Of a DNA stretch of 64,000 nucleotides, positions 49,732-58,807 are shown piece after piece; position 1 is the first letter of the stretch, and each line of letters opens with the position of its first letter. The translations under genes and the position numbers were made by a program. The stretch is from Candidatus Aenigmatarchaeota archaeon (GTDB lineage Archaea > Aenigmatarchaeota > Aenigmatarchaeia > Aenigmatarchaeales > Aenigmatarchaeaceae), in the NCBI GenBank assembly GCA_043802485.1, contig JAZDKZ010000006.1:135497-199496 (forward strand), written 5' to 3'. The notes below the pieces were generated by a model, which did not search any database, was not told the DNA's origin, and worked only from the letters and a program-made list of their open reading frames with translations.

Positions 49732-52389
49732 ATGAAGAAATGGCATGCCATGAATTCTAACGACGTTTTCATGGACCTGAAGACTAACAAGAACGGCCTT
49801 GACAGCTCCGAGGCAAAGCTGAGAATAAACCAGTACGGCCCGAACCAGCTGGAAGGCAAAAAGGGAAAGAATGTCCTTGCCATTCTCGTTAACCAGTTCA
49901 AGAGCTTCCTGGTCATCCTGCTGCTTCTGGCTGTGGCCATATCAGTCTTCCTCGGCTTTTACTCTGACGAAAGCCACTTTGTGGATGCGGCGGTGATAGG
50001 CTCCATAATAGTTTTGAACTCCATCCTCGGCTTTTACCAGGAATTCAAGGCAGAAAAAACGCTGGAAGCCCTGAAAAGGATGGTGGTAAGGAAGGTCCAT
50101 GTTATCAGGAACGGAGAGAATGTCCAAATAAAGACAGAAGAGCTTGTCCCTGGGGACATTGTTCTTCTGGAAGCAGGCAACAGGATACCAGCAGACTTGC
50201 GACTTTTCGAGACGCTTGACCTGAAGATAGACGAATCAGCGCTAACCGGCGAATCTGTTCCTGTAAGCAAAACTACCAAAACCCTCAAAAGCGCAGAACC
50301 ATCCGAAAGGAACAACATGGCGTTCATGGGAACACTTGTTTCATATGGCAAGGGAAAAGGCATTGTTGTTTCTACAGGCATGTCCACAGAGATGGGCAAC
50401 ATAGCCCATATGGTCCAAGAGAGGGAAGAGGAGACTCCTCTGCAGAAAAAACTGCAGAAATTTGGAAAAACCATAGGTCTGGTCGTTTTTGCGATAACGC
50501 TTATAATTTTCATTCTAGGTATCATCAGGTCAGAAGACATTTTTAACATGTTCATGACAGCTATGAGTCTGGCCATATCTGCCGTGCCCGAGGGTTTGCC
50601 TGCAGTGATAACTCTGACTCTGGCAATAGGAACGCAGAGAATGTTGAAAAGGAATTCCATTGTAAAGAGGTTGGCAGCAGTGGAAGGATTAGGATCAACA
50701 ACAGTCATATGCGCTGACAAGACGGGGACAATGACTACGAACGAGATGACTGTCAGAAAGGTTTGGGTCTCTGGAAAGACGATAGACGTTACAGGCGTTG
50801 GCTTTGAACCAAAAGGAGAGTTTCTCCTCGGCAAAGGGAAAGTGGACCCGCGCAAGGAAGGAGCCCTTGGCCTGCTACTTAGGATATCATATTTTTGCAA
50901 CGATTCTGTGCTAAAGGAAAAGCCCAAATGGTATGTGATAGGCGACCCCACAGAAGGCGCGCTGAAAGTTCTCGCGATAAAAGGAGGCATAATTCAGGAT
51001 TCATCTACCATTGATGAGATACCGTTCTCTTCTGAAAGAAAGAAGATGACCACCATACACAAAATAGGCAACGATGTTGTTGCCTATACCAAAGGCGCGC
51101 CTGAGACTATTCTAAACGACTGTGACAAGATGTACGTCAGCAGAAAATTGGGCAGCAATGACAGGGAAACCATACTGAAAACTGTCCGGAAGCTTTCCTC
51201 CCAAGGCCTTAGAGTGCTGGCCTTTGCCTACAAACCGTTGGACAAAAAGTATTCGCTAAAGTCTGTTGAAAAGAACATGACCTTTGTCGGCCTGGCCGCT
51301 ATGATAGACCCTCCGAGAAAGGAGACCAAAGAAGCCATAAGGCTGTGTAAGCAGGCTGGCATAAGGACGATAATGATAACAGGCGACCATGAGCTGACAG
51401 CAAAGGCAATAGGCTCTGAAATCGGGCTCAACGGAAACGCGATAAGGGGCGAGGATCTGGACAAACTGACTGATGAGAAATTTAGGGAAGTGATCAATAA
51501 TACTACAATATTCGCCAGAATATCGCCCCAGCACAAAATGAGGATAGTTGACACCCTGAGGTCGATGGGCCATGTTGTTGCAATGACTGGCGACGGGGTG
51601 AACGACGCGCCGGCGCTGAAGAAGGCTGACGTGGGCATTGCCATGGGCATAAAGGGAACAGACGTGGCAAAAGAGGCTGCTGACATGGTGCTGCTTGACG
51701 ACAACTTCTCAACGATAGTGGCTGCTGTCGAGGAGGGAAGGGGAATCTATGACAACATAAAGAAGTTCGTAAAGTTCCTTCTATCCGCCAACTTTGACGA
51801 GCTGTTCATCGTAACTGCTGCAGTTCTGCTAAGCATAAAGGACCCTTCGACAGGCTTGATAGTGATACCTTTTACGGCTGTCCAGATTCTCTGGATAAAC
51901 CTGATAACAGACGGCATGCCTGCCCTAGCGCTTGGCGTTGACCCGAAGGAGAAGGACATAATGAAAAGGCCTCCCAGAGACCCGAAAAAAGGCATTCTTA
52001 ACGGAATCATATTGTTCATAATTGTCGCTGCAATATTGGATTTTACTACATCGTTCATTCTTTTCAACGACGTTCTGGCAACAACAGGAAACATAAACAA
52101 GGCAAGAACCATGCTCGTCACCCAGTCGATACTGTTCGAGTTCCTCTTCATCTTCAACTGCAGGTCTGAGACAAAGTCAGTGTTCAGGAAGAACCCGCTG
52201 GAAAACAAGAAGCTGTTGCTTGCGATAGCTGTATCTATTGTGCTGCAGCTGACAATGATATACACGCCGCTCAGGAGCATCCTAGGGTTTGTCGAACTGA
52301 CAGCCATGGACTGGGTGCCTATATTATTGTTCTCCTCTGTAGGACTCTTGGTCTTGCCTGAAATTTTTATAAGAAAACATAAAAAATGA
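49732..52389 (+). CDS. P2-type cation-transporting ATPase (Ca2+-ATPase-like), second paralog
   Basis: 885 aa with DKTGTMT, VPEGLPAV, TGD and VAMTGDGVNDAPALKKADVGIAMG. Confidence 0.9.
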   Translation: MKKWHAMNSNDVFMDLKTNKNGLDSSEAKLRINQYGPNQLEGKKGKNVLAILVNQFKSFLVILLLLAVAISVFLGFYSDESHFVDAAVIGSIIVLNSILGFYQEFKAEKTLEALKRMVVRKVHVIRNGENVQIKTEELVPGDIVLLEAGNRIPADLRLFETLDLKIDESALTGESVPVSKTTKTLKSAEPSERNNMAFMGTLVSYGKGKGIVVSTGMSTEMGNIAHMVQEREEETPLQKKLQKFGKTIGLVVFAITLIIFILGIIRSEDIFNMFMTAMSLAISAVPEGLPAVITLTLAIGTQRMLKRNSIVKRLAAVEGLGSTTVICADKTGTMTTNEMTVRKVWVSGKTIDVTGVGFEPKGEFLLGKGKVDPRKEGALGLLLRISYFCNDSVLKEKPKWYVIGDPTEGALKVLAIKGGIIQDSSTIDEIPFSSERKKMTTIHKIGNDVVAYTKGAPETILNDCDKMYVSRKLGSNDRETILKTVRKLSSQGLRVLAFAYKPLDKKYSLKSVEKNMTFVGLAAMIDPPRKETKEAIRLCKQAGIRTIMITGDHELTAKAIGSEIGLNGNAIRGEDLDKLTDEKFREVINNTTIFARISPQHKMRIVDTLRSMGHVVAMTGDGVNDAPALKKADVGIAMGIKGTDVAKEAADMVLLDDNFSTIVAAVEEGRGIYDNIKKFVKFLLSANFDELFIVTAAVLLSIKDPSTGLIVIPFTAVQILWINLITDGMPALALGVDPKEKDIMKRPPRDPKKGILNGIILFIIVAAILDFTTSFILFNDVLATTGNINKARTMLVTQSILFEFLFIFNCRSETKSVFRKNPLENKKLLLAIAVSIVLQLTMIYTPLRSILGFVELTAMDWVPILLFSSVGLLVLPEIFIRKHKK
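51571..51647 (+). repeat. Partner of the 77-nt inverted repeat at 46658-46734
   Basis: See 46658-46734. Confidence 0.85.
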
Positions 52390-52940
52390 TAAACATGAAA
52401 GACTTTGTCCTTAAGCTTACCAGAAAAGTTGTAGAGAACTTTGTGAAAACCGGCAAAAAGGTTGCTATTCCTAAGAAATATCCAGAAGAAATGAAAAAAA
52501 AGAGGGGTGTCTTTGTCACTCTGCACAAGAAAGGCATGCTCAGGGGCTGCATAGGGCTTCCCTATCCACAAAAACCTCTGATAGAAGGCCTTATCGACGC
52601 TGCCTGCTCAGCTTGCCAGGATCCAAGATTCAATCCATTGGAGGAAGATGAGCTAGAAGACATCAAAATAGATGTCTCTGTGCTGACAGAACCAGAACTG
52701 ATTAAAACAAAACCAGAAAACTATTCAAAAGAGATAGAAATAGGCAAGCACGGCCTGATAATAAGGAGTGGTATGTTCAGCGGCCTGTTCCTGCCCCAGG
52801 TTCCAGTGGAACAGGGCTGGAAATTGGAAGAATACCTAGAAAACCTGTGCCACAAGGCTGGTCTACCTGGAAGGGCTTGGCAAGACCCTGAAGCAAGGCT
52901 CTTCAAATTCGAGACAGAGGCCTTCTCAGAGGGTATTTAA
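52386..52940 (+). CDS. AMMECR1 domain protein
   Basis: 184 aa. RGVFVTLHKKGMLRGCIG and PRF..L motifs. Its ATG overlaps the ATPase stop (ATGA). Confidence 0.85.
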   Translation: MINMKDFVLKLTRKVVENFVKTGKKVAIPKKYPEEMKKKRGVFVTLHKKGMLRGCIGLPYPQKPLIEGLIDAACSACQDPRFNPLEEDELEDIKIDVSVLTEPELIKTKPENYSKEIEIGKHGLIIRSGMFSGLFLPQVPVEQGWKLEEYLENLCHKAGLPGRAWQDPEARLFKFETEAFSEGI

Positions 52941-53012
52941 AACTTCCCAGTTCTACATCTGACGAAGATACTTTTAATAGGCAGGTTTTTAATAGAATTT
53001 ATAGGTGAAACA

Positions 53013-53390
53013 ATGGCCAAAAAACAAACAGGATGGGTCAAAGCAAGTGGTTGGCTTTTTGTACTAGGTATTTTGATTTCAGTTGTGGCGGGTTTGGTTC
53101 CTAGTATCGAACCGGCTATGGTAACGGGTGTTTTAGCAGTGATGGGTTTCGTCATCGGTTTACTCGGTGCATTGGGCGTTGGAAGCATTGACAAGACAGA
53201 CGTCAACATGTTCCTTTTAGCTGTAGTCGCATTGATGGCAGCAGGAGGCGCAGGAACAGCTTTCGCAAACGTAATGTACATTGGAAGCTACATGATGGCG
53301 ATAGTGAACTACATAGGTGTCTTAGTAGTACCAGCAGCAGTCTTAATTGCCTTGAAGGCATTATGGACTTCAGCATCGACAAAGTTCTAG
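53013..53390 (+). CDS. Small polytopic membrane protein (125 aa)
   Basis: Four hydrophobic helices, with AGGTGA 6 nt upstream of the ATG. It may be distantly related to the 57.7-59.3 kb membrane-protein family (shared AAG..A.F stretch). Confidence 0.45.
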   Translation: MAKKQTGWVKASGWLFVLGILISVVAGLVPSIEPAMVTGVLAVMGFVIGLLGALGVGSIDKTDVNMFLLAVVALMAAGGAGTAFANVMYIGSYMMAIVNYIGVLVVPAAVLIALKALWTSASTKF

Positions 53391-53446
53391 TGACATCTTA
53401 TCTTTTTTAGAAACACCCCCTCCTTTCTTTTTTTATTCAAAAAACA

Positions 53447-54289
53447 ATGATTATTATGAGTTTTAGCAAGATTCTTAGGGAAGCTTTGAAGGGCAAGCTA
53501 TCTGAAAACAAACTCAAGCTCCTGCCAGGAGGCTACCAGATAATAGGGGACATAATGATTGTCAAGCTGGACAGAATGCTTGTGAAGCAGAGAAAGCTGA
53601 TAGGCAAAGCCATAATAAAGATATTTCCCAATGTCAGAACGATTTGCCTTTTCAAGAAGCTTGGACCAGTGACAAGGAAGCCTGACCTAGAAGTGATAGC
53701 AGGTTGCTGCTCAACTCTTACGCTTCACAAAGAACATGGCTGCCAGTTCCTGATCGATGTTTCCGCATCAATGTGGTCCAAGGGCAACAAGAACGAAAGA
53801 AAAAGGATGATAGAAATTGCTAAAACTGGAGAAACGATAGTTGACATGTTCGCAGGCATAGGCTATTTCTCCATATTCCTAGCAAAATACTCCCGACCCA
53901 AGAGATTATACGCCATAGATATCAACCCAAAGGCTGTGGAATTTTTGAGAAAGAATGCCTTTCTGAACAAGGTTGAGAGCAAAATAGAGATTCTGGAGGG
54001 AGACTGTAGGAAGCTATCCAAACTATTGGAGAACACGGCCGACAGGATTGTCATGGGCTACCTTTTTGATACGGAAAAGTTCCTGCCGCATGCTTTCAGG
54101 ATTGCGAAGAAGAGATGCACGATACATTTCCACAGGAATGCAAAGAATCCTGACAAAATTATAGATAAACTAGAAAAAATAGCTGAAAAGAACAAGGTAA
54201 AGCTGAAAGTGTTGAGAACTGTTAATGTAAAATCATATTCTCCTGGCACATGTCACTATGTATTTGACCTAAGAATCACAAAATCTTGA
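53447..54289 (+). CDS. Met-10+/Trm5-TYW2 family SAM-dependent tRNA methyltransferase
   Basis: 280 aa. GYQIIGDIMIVKL and the SAM motif VDMFAGIGYFSIFLA. Confidence 0.75.
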   Translation: MIIMSFSKILREALKGKLSENKLKLLPGGYQIIGDIMIVKLDRMLVKQRKLIGKAIIKIFPNVRTICLFKKLGPVTRKPDLEVIAGCCSTLTLHKEHGCQFLIDVSASMWSKGNKNERKRMIEIAKTGETIVDMFAGIGYFSIFLAKYSRPKRLYAIDINPKAVEFLRKNAFLNKVESKIEILEGDCRKLSKLLENTADRIVMGYLFDTEKFLPHAFRIAKKRCTIHFHRNAKNPDKIIDKLEKIAEKNKVKLKVLRTVNVKSYSPGTCHYVFDLRITKS

Positions 54290-55034
54290 TATCAAGTCGA
54301 TTCTTCGAGACCCTTGGCGAAAAGGGTAGCACATTCTGTCTACCTACTATCTTGTATCTGAAGTTGTACGTCTCAGCTTTCTCCTTTACCTTCTTCTCCA
54401 GTTCAGCAAAGCCTCTGGAAAAGCCATAAAGGTGTATTATGGTCCCCTTCTTGGAATGGAGAATAGCCACATCCAGGAACTCAACGGCTGTTTCAGGCAG
54501 GGGCATTATGATCCTATCGAAAATGCCGAGATTCCTAGACTTTCTCACGTCCCAGCACAGGTTCTTTACGTTGGTAAGCTTGTTTAAACGGACGTTCTTC
54601 ACAGCATATTCTACTGCCTTGAGGTTCATCTCAACGCAGACTATCTTGTTATGAGGATACTTCTTGCCAATAGCAATGGCGAAGGGCGCCACGCCCGAGA
54701 ACATTACCAGAATCTTCTCGCCGTTCTTGACAAGCTCAACAATCCTCTGCCTTTCCGTGCCTTCCCTGGGCGAAAAGTAGCTCTTTCTGGGATCGACCTT
54801 TATCAGGTAGTTGTTCTCCTTGTGGATGACTTCTGTTTCCTTCTTGCCTGTCACCAGTTTTGACGGATGAAGCCTGAATTCTCCCTGCCTTTTGTCTGTT
54901 TTCTGAAGAACCGAAAGAACAGCCTTGTGCCTTTCCATTATCTCCTTGGCAGCTTTCTTCGGGTTCTTGACGTCTGAACCTATTATTGCCACTGATTTCT
55001 CTCGGCTGCCGATAATCTCATAAGCTATTCGCAT
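54276..55034 (-). CDS. Second Met-10+/Trm5-TYW2 family tRNA methyltransferase
   Basis: 252 aa with YEIIGSREKSVAIIG, VMFSGVAPFAIAIG and DRIIMPLPE. Its 3' end overlaps the convergent paralog by 14 nt. Confidence 0.7.
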   Translation of the reverse strand: MRIAYEIIGSREKSVAIIGSDVKNPKKAAKEIMERHKAVLSVLQKTDKRQGEFRLHPSKLVTGKKETEVIHKENNYLIKVDPRKSYFSPREGTERQRIVELVKNGEKILVMFSGVAPFAIAIGKKYPHNKIVCVEMNLKAVEYAVKNVRLNKLTNVKNLCWDVRKSRNLGIFDRIIMPLPETAVEFLDVAILHSKKGTIIHLYGFSRGFAELEKKVKEKAETYNFRYKIVGRQNVLPFSPRVSKNRLDIKIL

Positions 55035-55067
55035 GTTTTATATATTTCTCTGGACCACATTAAAAAT

Positions 55068-55787
55068 ATGCTGTATCTGATAGGTCTTGGCCTTAATGAC
55101 GAGAAGGACTTGTCGTTGAAAGCGGTTGAAATAGCCAAAAACTGCGACTGCTATGCAGAGCTGTACACCTCTGTATGGCAAGGTTCTTTAGCAGGCTTGG
55201 AAGAGATTTTAGGGAAGAAGGTTACTCTGCTGAAAAGGGAGAACATGGAGGAGAAATCGGATTTCATAATAGAGGAGGCCAAGGAAAAGGACGTTGCCGT
55301 CTTTGTACCAGGCGACCCTTTGTCAGCAACTACCCATATTAACCTTATCTATGATGCCAGAAGAAGGAAGATACCTTTTCAGATTATTCACAACGCTTCT
55401 ATTGTTTCTGCTGTAGGCGAAACTGGCCTGCAGATATACAAGTTTGGCAAGACAGCGACCATACCCATGTCAGGAAAGCTGGAGAACGTCAAAAAGACAA
55501 TAAAAGGCAACAAAAAGCTTGGTCTTCACACGCTGCTTCTTTTGGACATTGACAGGGAGATCAACATCAACATAACTGTGCCGGATGCTTTGAGAATGCT
55601 GAAGAAAGCCAGGCAAGTGAAAGAAACTGATTCTCTGGTAGTCTTCTCAAGGGCTGGGGGTGAATCCCAGCTGTACTATGACAGCGTCAGAAATCTTGTC
55701 AAAAAGGAGATAGCGCTGCCTGCTGTCATAATCATACCCGGCAAGCTGCACTTTAGCGAAAAGGACTTTTTGGAGCTGTTGAGATGA
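55068..55787 (+). CDS. dphB: Diphthine synthase
   Basis: 239 aa. MLYLIGLGL...DLSLKAVE and GDPLSATTH are signatures of the tetrapyrrole-methylase fold. Confidence 0.9.
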   Translation: MLYLIGLGLNDEKDLSLKAVEIAKNCDCYAELYTSVWQGSLAGLEEILGKKVTLLKRENMEEKSDFIIEEAKEKDVAVFVPGDPLSATTHINLIYDARRRKIPFQIIHNASIVSAVGETGLQIYKFGKTATIPMSGKLENVKKTIKGNKKLGLHTLLLLDIDREININITVPDALRMLKKARQVKETDSLVVFSRAGGESQLYYDSVRNLVKKEIALPAVIIIPGKLHFSEKDFLELLR

Positions 55788-56023
55788 AAGAGATGCTTGA
55801 AGAGATCAAGGTCATGACAGAAAAGATAGAGCCTTTGGTCGAAAAGGTAGTGATTAAAGATGAAAAAGGTCAGGAGATGCTCACCAACATGAAGGCCTAC
55901 ATAGAGGATTCCAAGCACTTTCTTGAGAAAGGCAAGGAATTGAAGAGTTATGAGGCCATTGTCTGGGCATGGGCTATCCTTGAGATTTGTGAAGAATTGG
56001 ACGTTTTTTCTATAGAACGATAG
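55784..56023 (+). CDS. DUF357-like small protein
   Basis: 79 aa. AYIEDSKHFLEKGKELKSYEAIVWAWAILEICEELDVF fits my recollection of the DUF357 pattern. ATGA overlap with dphB. Confidence 0.45.
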   Translation: MKEMLEEIKVMTEKIEPLVEKVVIKDEKGQEMLTNMKAYIEDSKHFLEKGKELKSYEAIVWAWAILEICEELDVFSIER

Positions 56024-56032
56024 CTTTATATT
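56016..56032 (+). promoter_or_regulatory. Extended promoter box AACGATAGCTTTATATT
   Basis: 46 nt upstream of ATG 56078. Identical 17-mer at 58162 and 16/17 identity at 24271. A second shared block, ATATTACTGTTAGGTAGTAAAT, follows. Confidence 0.55.
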
Positions 56033-56077
56033 CTTTGTGAAAGATATTACTGTTAGGTAGTAAATAATAGTGATAAT

Positions 56078-57085
56078 ATGGCTGAAGGTCAAGTTACTCC
56101 AGGAGAATATGCAATATTGAAAGGTTTGGGAGTGTTGGATAAAAAAATAGACAAAACAGAAAAATTCCCTACATATATTGCAAGAAATGATGACCAGATG
56201 GAAAACGAATTGAGACAAAAGGGTAGATTAAGGCCGGAGCCAAAAAAAGGTCCATGGGATGAACTCCACGAAGCTTTCAAGTTTCTATACAAAATCGACG
56301 AGAAAGGAGGTATAGTAGATGCTATTGTAGGACCTGATGGCCAACTACCAACTCTAATGGATATATATGGAAAGATGGACTTTCGTGGTGTAGCTTGGAA
56401 CTATGGCCTAGGTTATGTCAACTCCTTCTTAAGTGGATGGAGTGACGGAGGAATAGAAGCTGATGCAGAAGTAAAAGGTATAGTTCATGATATAAAAATA
56501 AAATATCCCACAAGTGATGTTTTTGATGATGGTTCTATGCTGGAATATTATGAAAAAATAAGAATTCCTTTGGATAGAATGAAAAAGATGGTTCCTATAA
56601 AAGACGAGAACGGAAACAATACGGGTGGGTGGGAATACAAAACAGGTTCACCAATTTCCGAATTCGTATACAACGACAAAGGTCAGTTAATTGCTGCTGG
56701 AGGAAACTTTGGAGGCAACCTACCAGATAACTCTAATTTTTACGGAATTAATGGTAGAAATGGTGGTATTGGTATTCCTGTAGAAACAGGAAATATAGAA
56801 TATATCATAAAGATGAAAAATAAACAGGAGGTTAAAAAAATGAGCAACAAAAAAACAAACGGACCAACATACATGGTTCTTAATGGACTTGAAAACGGCG
56901 GAGGAATTTCGATTCCTATGAAAGAAACAGAGGTAGCATCTCAAAGAATAACAGAGCAATTAATGAAACCGTCAGAAAGCGACTATCATATCAGAAATGT
57001 AATTAATAGTAGAGATAAACAGATTTCCTACCTGAAAGGCCAAGTAACAAGATACAAGAACAAACTGAAGAAGCAAAAACAGTAG
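56078..57085 (+). CDS. Hypothetical soluble Gly/Asn-rich protein with a basic coiled-coil C-terminus (335 aa)
   Basis: Long open frame behind a strong promoter box. No signal peptide or TM helix, and no family recognised. Confidence 0.6.
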   Translation: MAEGQVTPGEYAILKGLGVLDKKIDKTEKFPTYIARNDDQMENELRQKGRLRPEPKKGPWDELHEAFKFLYKIDEKGGIVDAIVGPDGQLPTLMDIYGKMDFRGVAWNYGLGYVNSFLSGWSDGGIEADAEVKGIVHDIKIKYPTSDVFDDGSMLEYYEKIRIPLDRMKKMVPIKDENGNNTGGWEYKTGSPISEFVYNDKGQLIAAGGNFGGNLPDNSNFYGINGRNGGIGIPVETGNIEYIIKMKNKQEVKKMSNKKTNGPTYMVLNGLENGGGISIPMKETEVASQRITEQLMKPSESDYHIRNVINSRDKQISYLKGQVTRYKNKLKKQKQ

Positions 57086-57121
57086 TTAATTTATAAATAT
57101 GCAGTTTTGTATATTCTTCAT

Positions 57122-57691
57122 ATGGCTTCAGTTGATCTGATAAACCTGCTGTTCAACGAGATACTGAAAATAGACCCGTCTATAATGTACAACTACACGA
57201 CTTTGTCAGATCAAATCCTTTATTTATTCTTTATACCTCATGTTTTACTGTTCCTGTTTATTTACGCTTTCTCTTTCGGTATGGTAAAAAAGGTCGTAGG
57301 AGATAACAAGACCTTTAGCTATCTATTGGGTCTGGCGTCTTACATATATTTGGTATATGCCGGCTGGTACGGAAGGCTAGTAACACTCTTTTTGGGATGG
57401 TTGTACATTGCCCTAGGTCTGGCCCTGTTCCTGTTTTTCGTGAGCATAATATGGCATCCTTCGGCAACTTCGGCAGGAATGAAACTTGTCGGAGAGGCTG
57501 GGAAAGAACTGAGAAAGAAGGCGAGCAAGGGGAATCAGATAGAAGCATTGGAAGACGAATTGAAATTCATTAAAAAGAGAATGAAAGATTTAGACGGGCA
57601 GCGTTCATCCAACCCGGCAGCTGCTTACGAATATGAGAACTATAAGAGACAGGAAGAGGCTCTGAAAAGAGAGATCAAAAAATTAAGTTGA
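57122..57691 (+). CDS. Membrane protein (3-4 TM) with a cytoplasmic coiled-coil tail
   Basis: ATG 57122 is preferred over the track TTG at 57107. Hydrophobic helices are followed by KKASKGNQIEALEDELKFIKKRMKDL...EEALKREIKKLS. Confidence 0.5.
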   Translation: MASVDLINLLFNEILKIDPSIMYNYTTLSDQILYLFFIPHVLLFLFIYAFSFGMVKKVVGDNKTFSYLLGLASYIYLVYAGWYGRLVTLFLGWLYIALGLALFLFFVSIIWHPSATSAGMKLVGEAGKELRKKASKGNQIEALEDELKFIKKRMKDLDGQRSSNPAAAYEYENYKRQEEALKREIKKLS

Positions 57692-57695
57692 TAAG

Positions 57696-58169
57696 ATGGT
57701 ATTCGACACTTTAATGCTCCAGTCAACAGAATTTCTAGTACCTTTCCTTTTTTCTTTGGCAGTCATATTTGGTATTTTGGAAGTAACAAGAATCTTTAGA
57801 AACAAGGCAGTAAACTTCATAGTATCTTTTGCTCTTTCTTTTTTTGCTCTGGCTTATCCCGGTTTCATGGCTTTCATGTGGGCTAACTTCGGGCTAGTCG
57901 CCATGTTCTTCATAGCCATGTTCTTTATGTTGTTTATTCTAAAGGTTTTTGGGATGGGTGGCAAAAGCAGCCAGGATTCTGTAATAATAAACGGTGCCAT
58001 ACTTTTTGTTCTATTATCTTTAAGCTACTTGTACGTAGATTCTTTCCCATCAGTCCCTATTATTGGAGAGGGACAGAATCTTATTCTTCTGATATCTGTA
58101 GTGCTTATCATATCGATATTCTGGGCAGCCTACAAAATGGGCTCTGGAAGCGGTCAAGAAAAACGATAG
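57696..58169 (+). CDS. Small polytopic membrane protein, family member 2
   Basis: 157 aa, starting 4 nt after the preceding stop. It shares FSLAVIFGIL...ALSFFAL...PSVPIIG with the next two genes. Confidence 0.55.
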   Translation: MVFDTLMLQSTEFLVPFLFSLAVIFGILEVTRIFRNKAVNFIVSFALSFFALAYPGFMAFMWANFGLVAMFFIAMFFMLFILKVFGMGGKSSQDSVIINGAILFVLLSLSYLYVDSFPSVPIIGEGQNLILLISVVLIISIFWAAYKMGSGSGQEKR

Positions 58170-58178
58170 CTTTATATT
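58162..58178 (+). promoter_or_regulatory. Extended promoter box AACGATAGCTTTATATT
   Basis: 38 nt upstream of ATG 58216, followed by ATATTACTATAAGGTAGTAAAT. Confidence 0.55.
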
Positions 58179-58215
58179 CAAGTTCCAAGTAATATATTAC
58201 TATAAGGTAGTAAAT

Positions 58216-58779
58216 ATGAAGCATAATAAAATCGCATCAGTTTTGATCGGAATGTTGCTGGCAGCAACGCCCGTTTTTGCCAATCCTATGGAGGATATGA
58301 TAAAAGGCCTTAGGGCAGCAGGCTTCCAGCTGGTTTTGTTATGGTTATTGACGCTGGCAATAGTCTACGGCGTGCTTTCGCACCTGAATTTGCCAAAGTC
58401 TATATCGACAAGAGGAGTCATAGCAATTGTCTCTTCGTTCATGGTTTTGATTGCAGCAGCAGGAACTCAGGCAGCCAACTTTGTGAGCACCCTGACAACC
58501 TCTTCAATAGTGGTCGCATTTGGCTTGATGATAGCCATGATATTCCTGGAGATAACCGGGGCAAAGGTAGGAGACGTCCATATATTCGGCAAGTATCCAA
58601 AGTTTTTTGCAGGAGCAATAATAGTGCTTTTCATATTGATATTCATAGGAGCAGGAGGACTAGGGATACTGAACCTTCCTTCAATAGGATTTTCACTATC
58701 TGATCCCCTGTTAGCAATAGTTTTTTTCCTCATAATCATGGTGGCAAGTATTTGGATATTGGTTAAAGAAAGTAAATAA
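58216..58779 (+). CDS. Small polytopic membrane protein with a signal peptide, family member 3
   Basis: 187 aa with LLWLLTLAIVYGVLSHLN...SSFMVLIAAAG...LPSIGFS. Confidence 0.6.
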   Translation: MKHNKIASVLIGMLLAATPVFANPMEDMIKGLRAAGFQLVLLWLLTLAIVYGVLSHLNLPKSISTRGVIAIVSSFMVLIAAAGTQAANFVSTLTTSSIVVAFGLMIAMIFLEITGAKVGDVHIFGKYPKFFAGAIIVLFILIFIGAGGLGILNLPSIGFSLSDPLLAIVFFLIIMVASIWILVKESK

Positions 58780-58807
58780 ATTAAATAAAAAAATTAGGTG
58801 AAAAAAA

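Noticed and set aside
50034-52571. Long minus-strand ORFs (318, 158 and 274 aa) inside the second P-type ATPase gene, with analogous plus-strand ORFs at 46049-48280 inside the first.
   Set aside because: They are antisense shadows of strongly conserved ATPase genes. The recurring MPTSAFFSAGASFTPSPVIATT peptide in both sets is simply the antisense of the conserved GDGVNDAPALKKADVG motif.
55676-56218. 180-aa minus-strand ORF across the dphB / DUF357 / 335-aa gene junctions.
   Set aside because: It overlaps three plus-strand genes and a promoter region. It has a low-complexity, Phe/Ile-rich composition typical of antisense AT-rich sequence.
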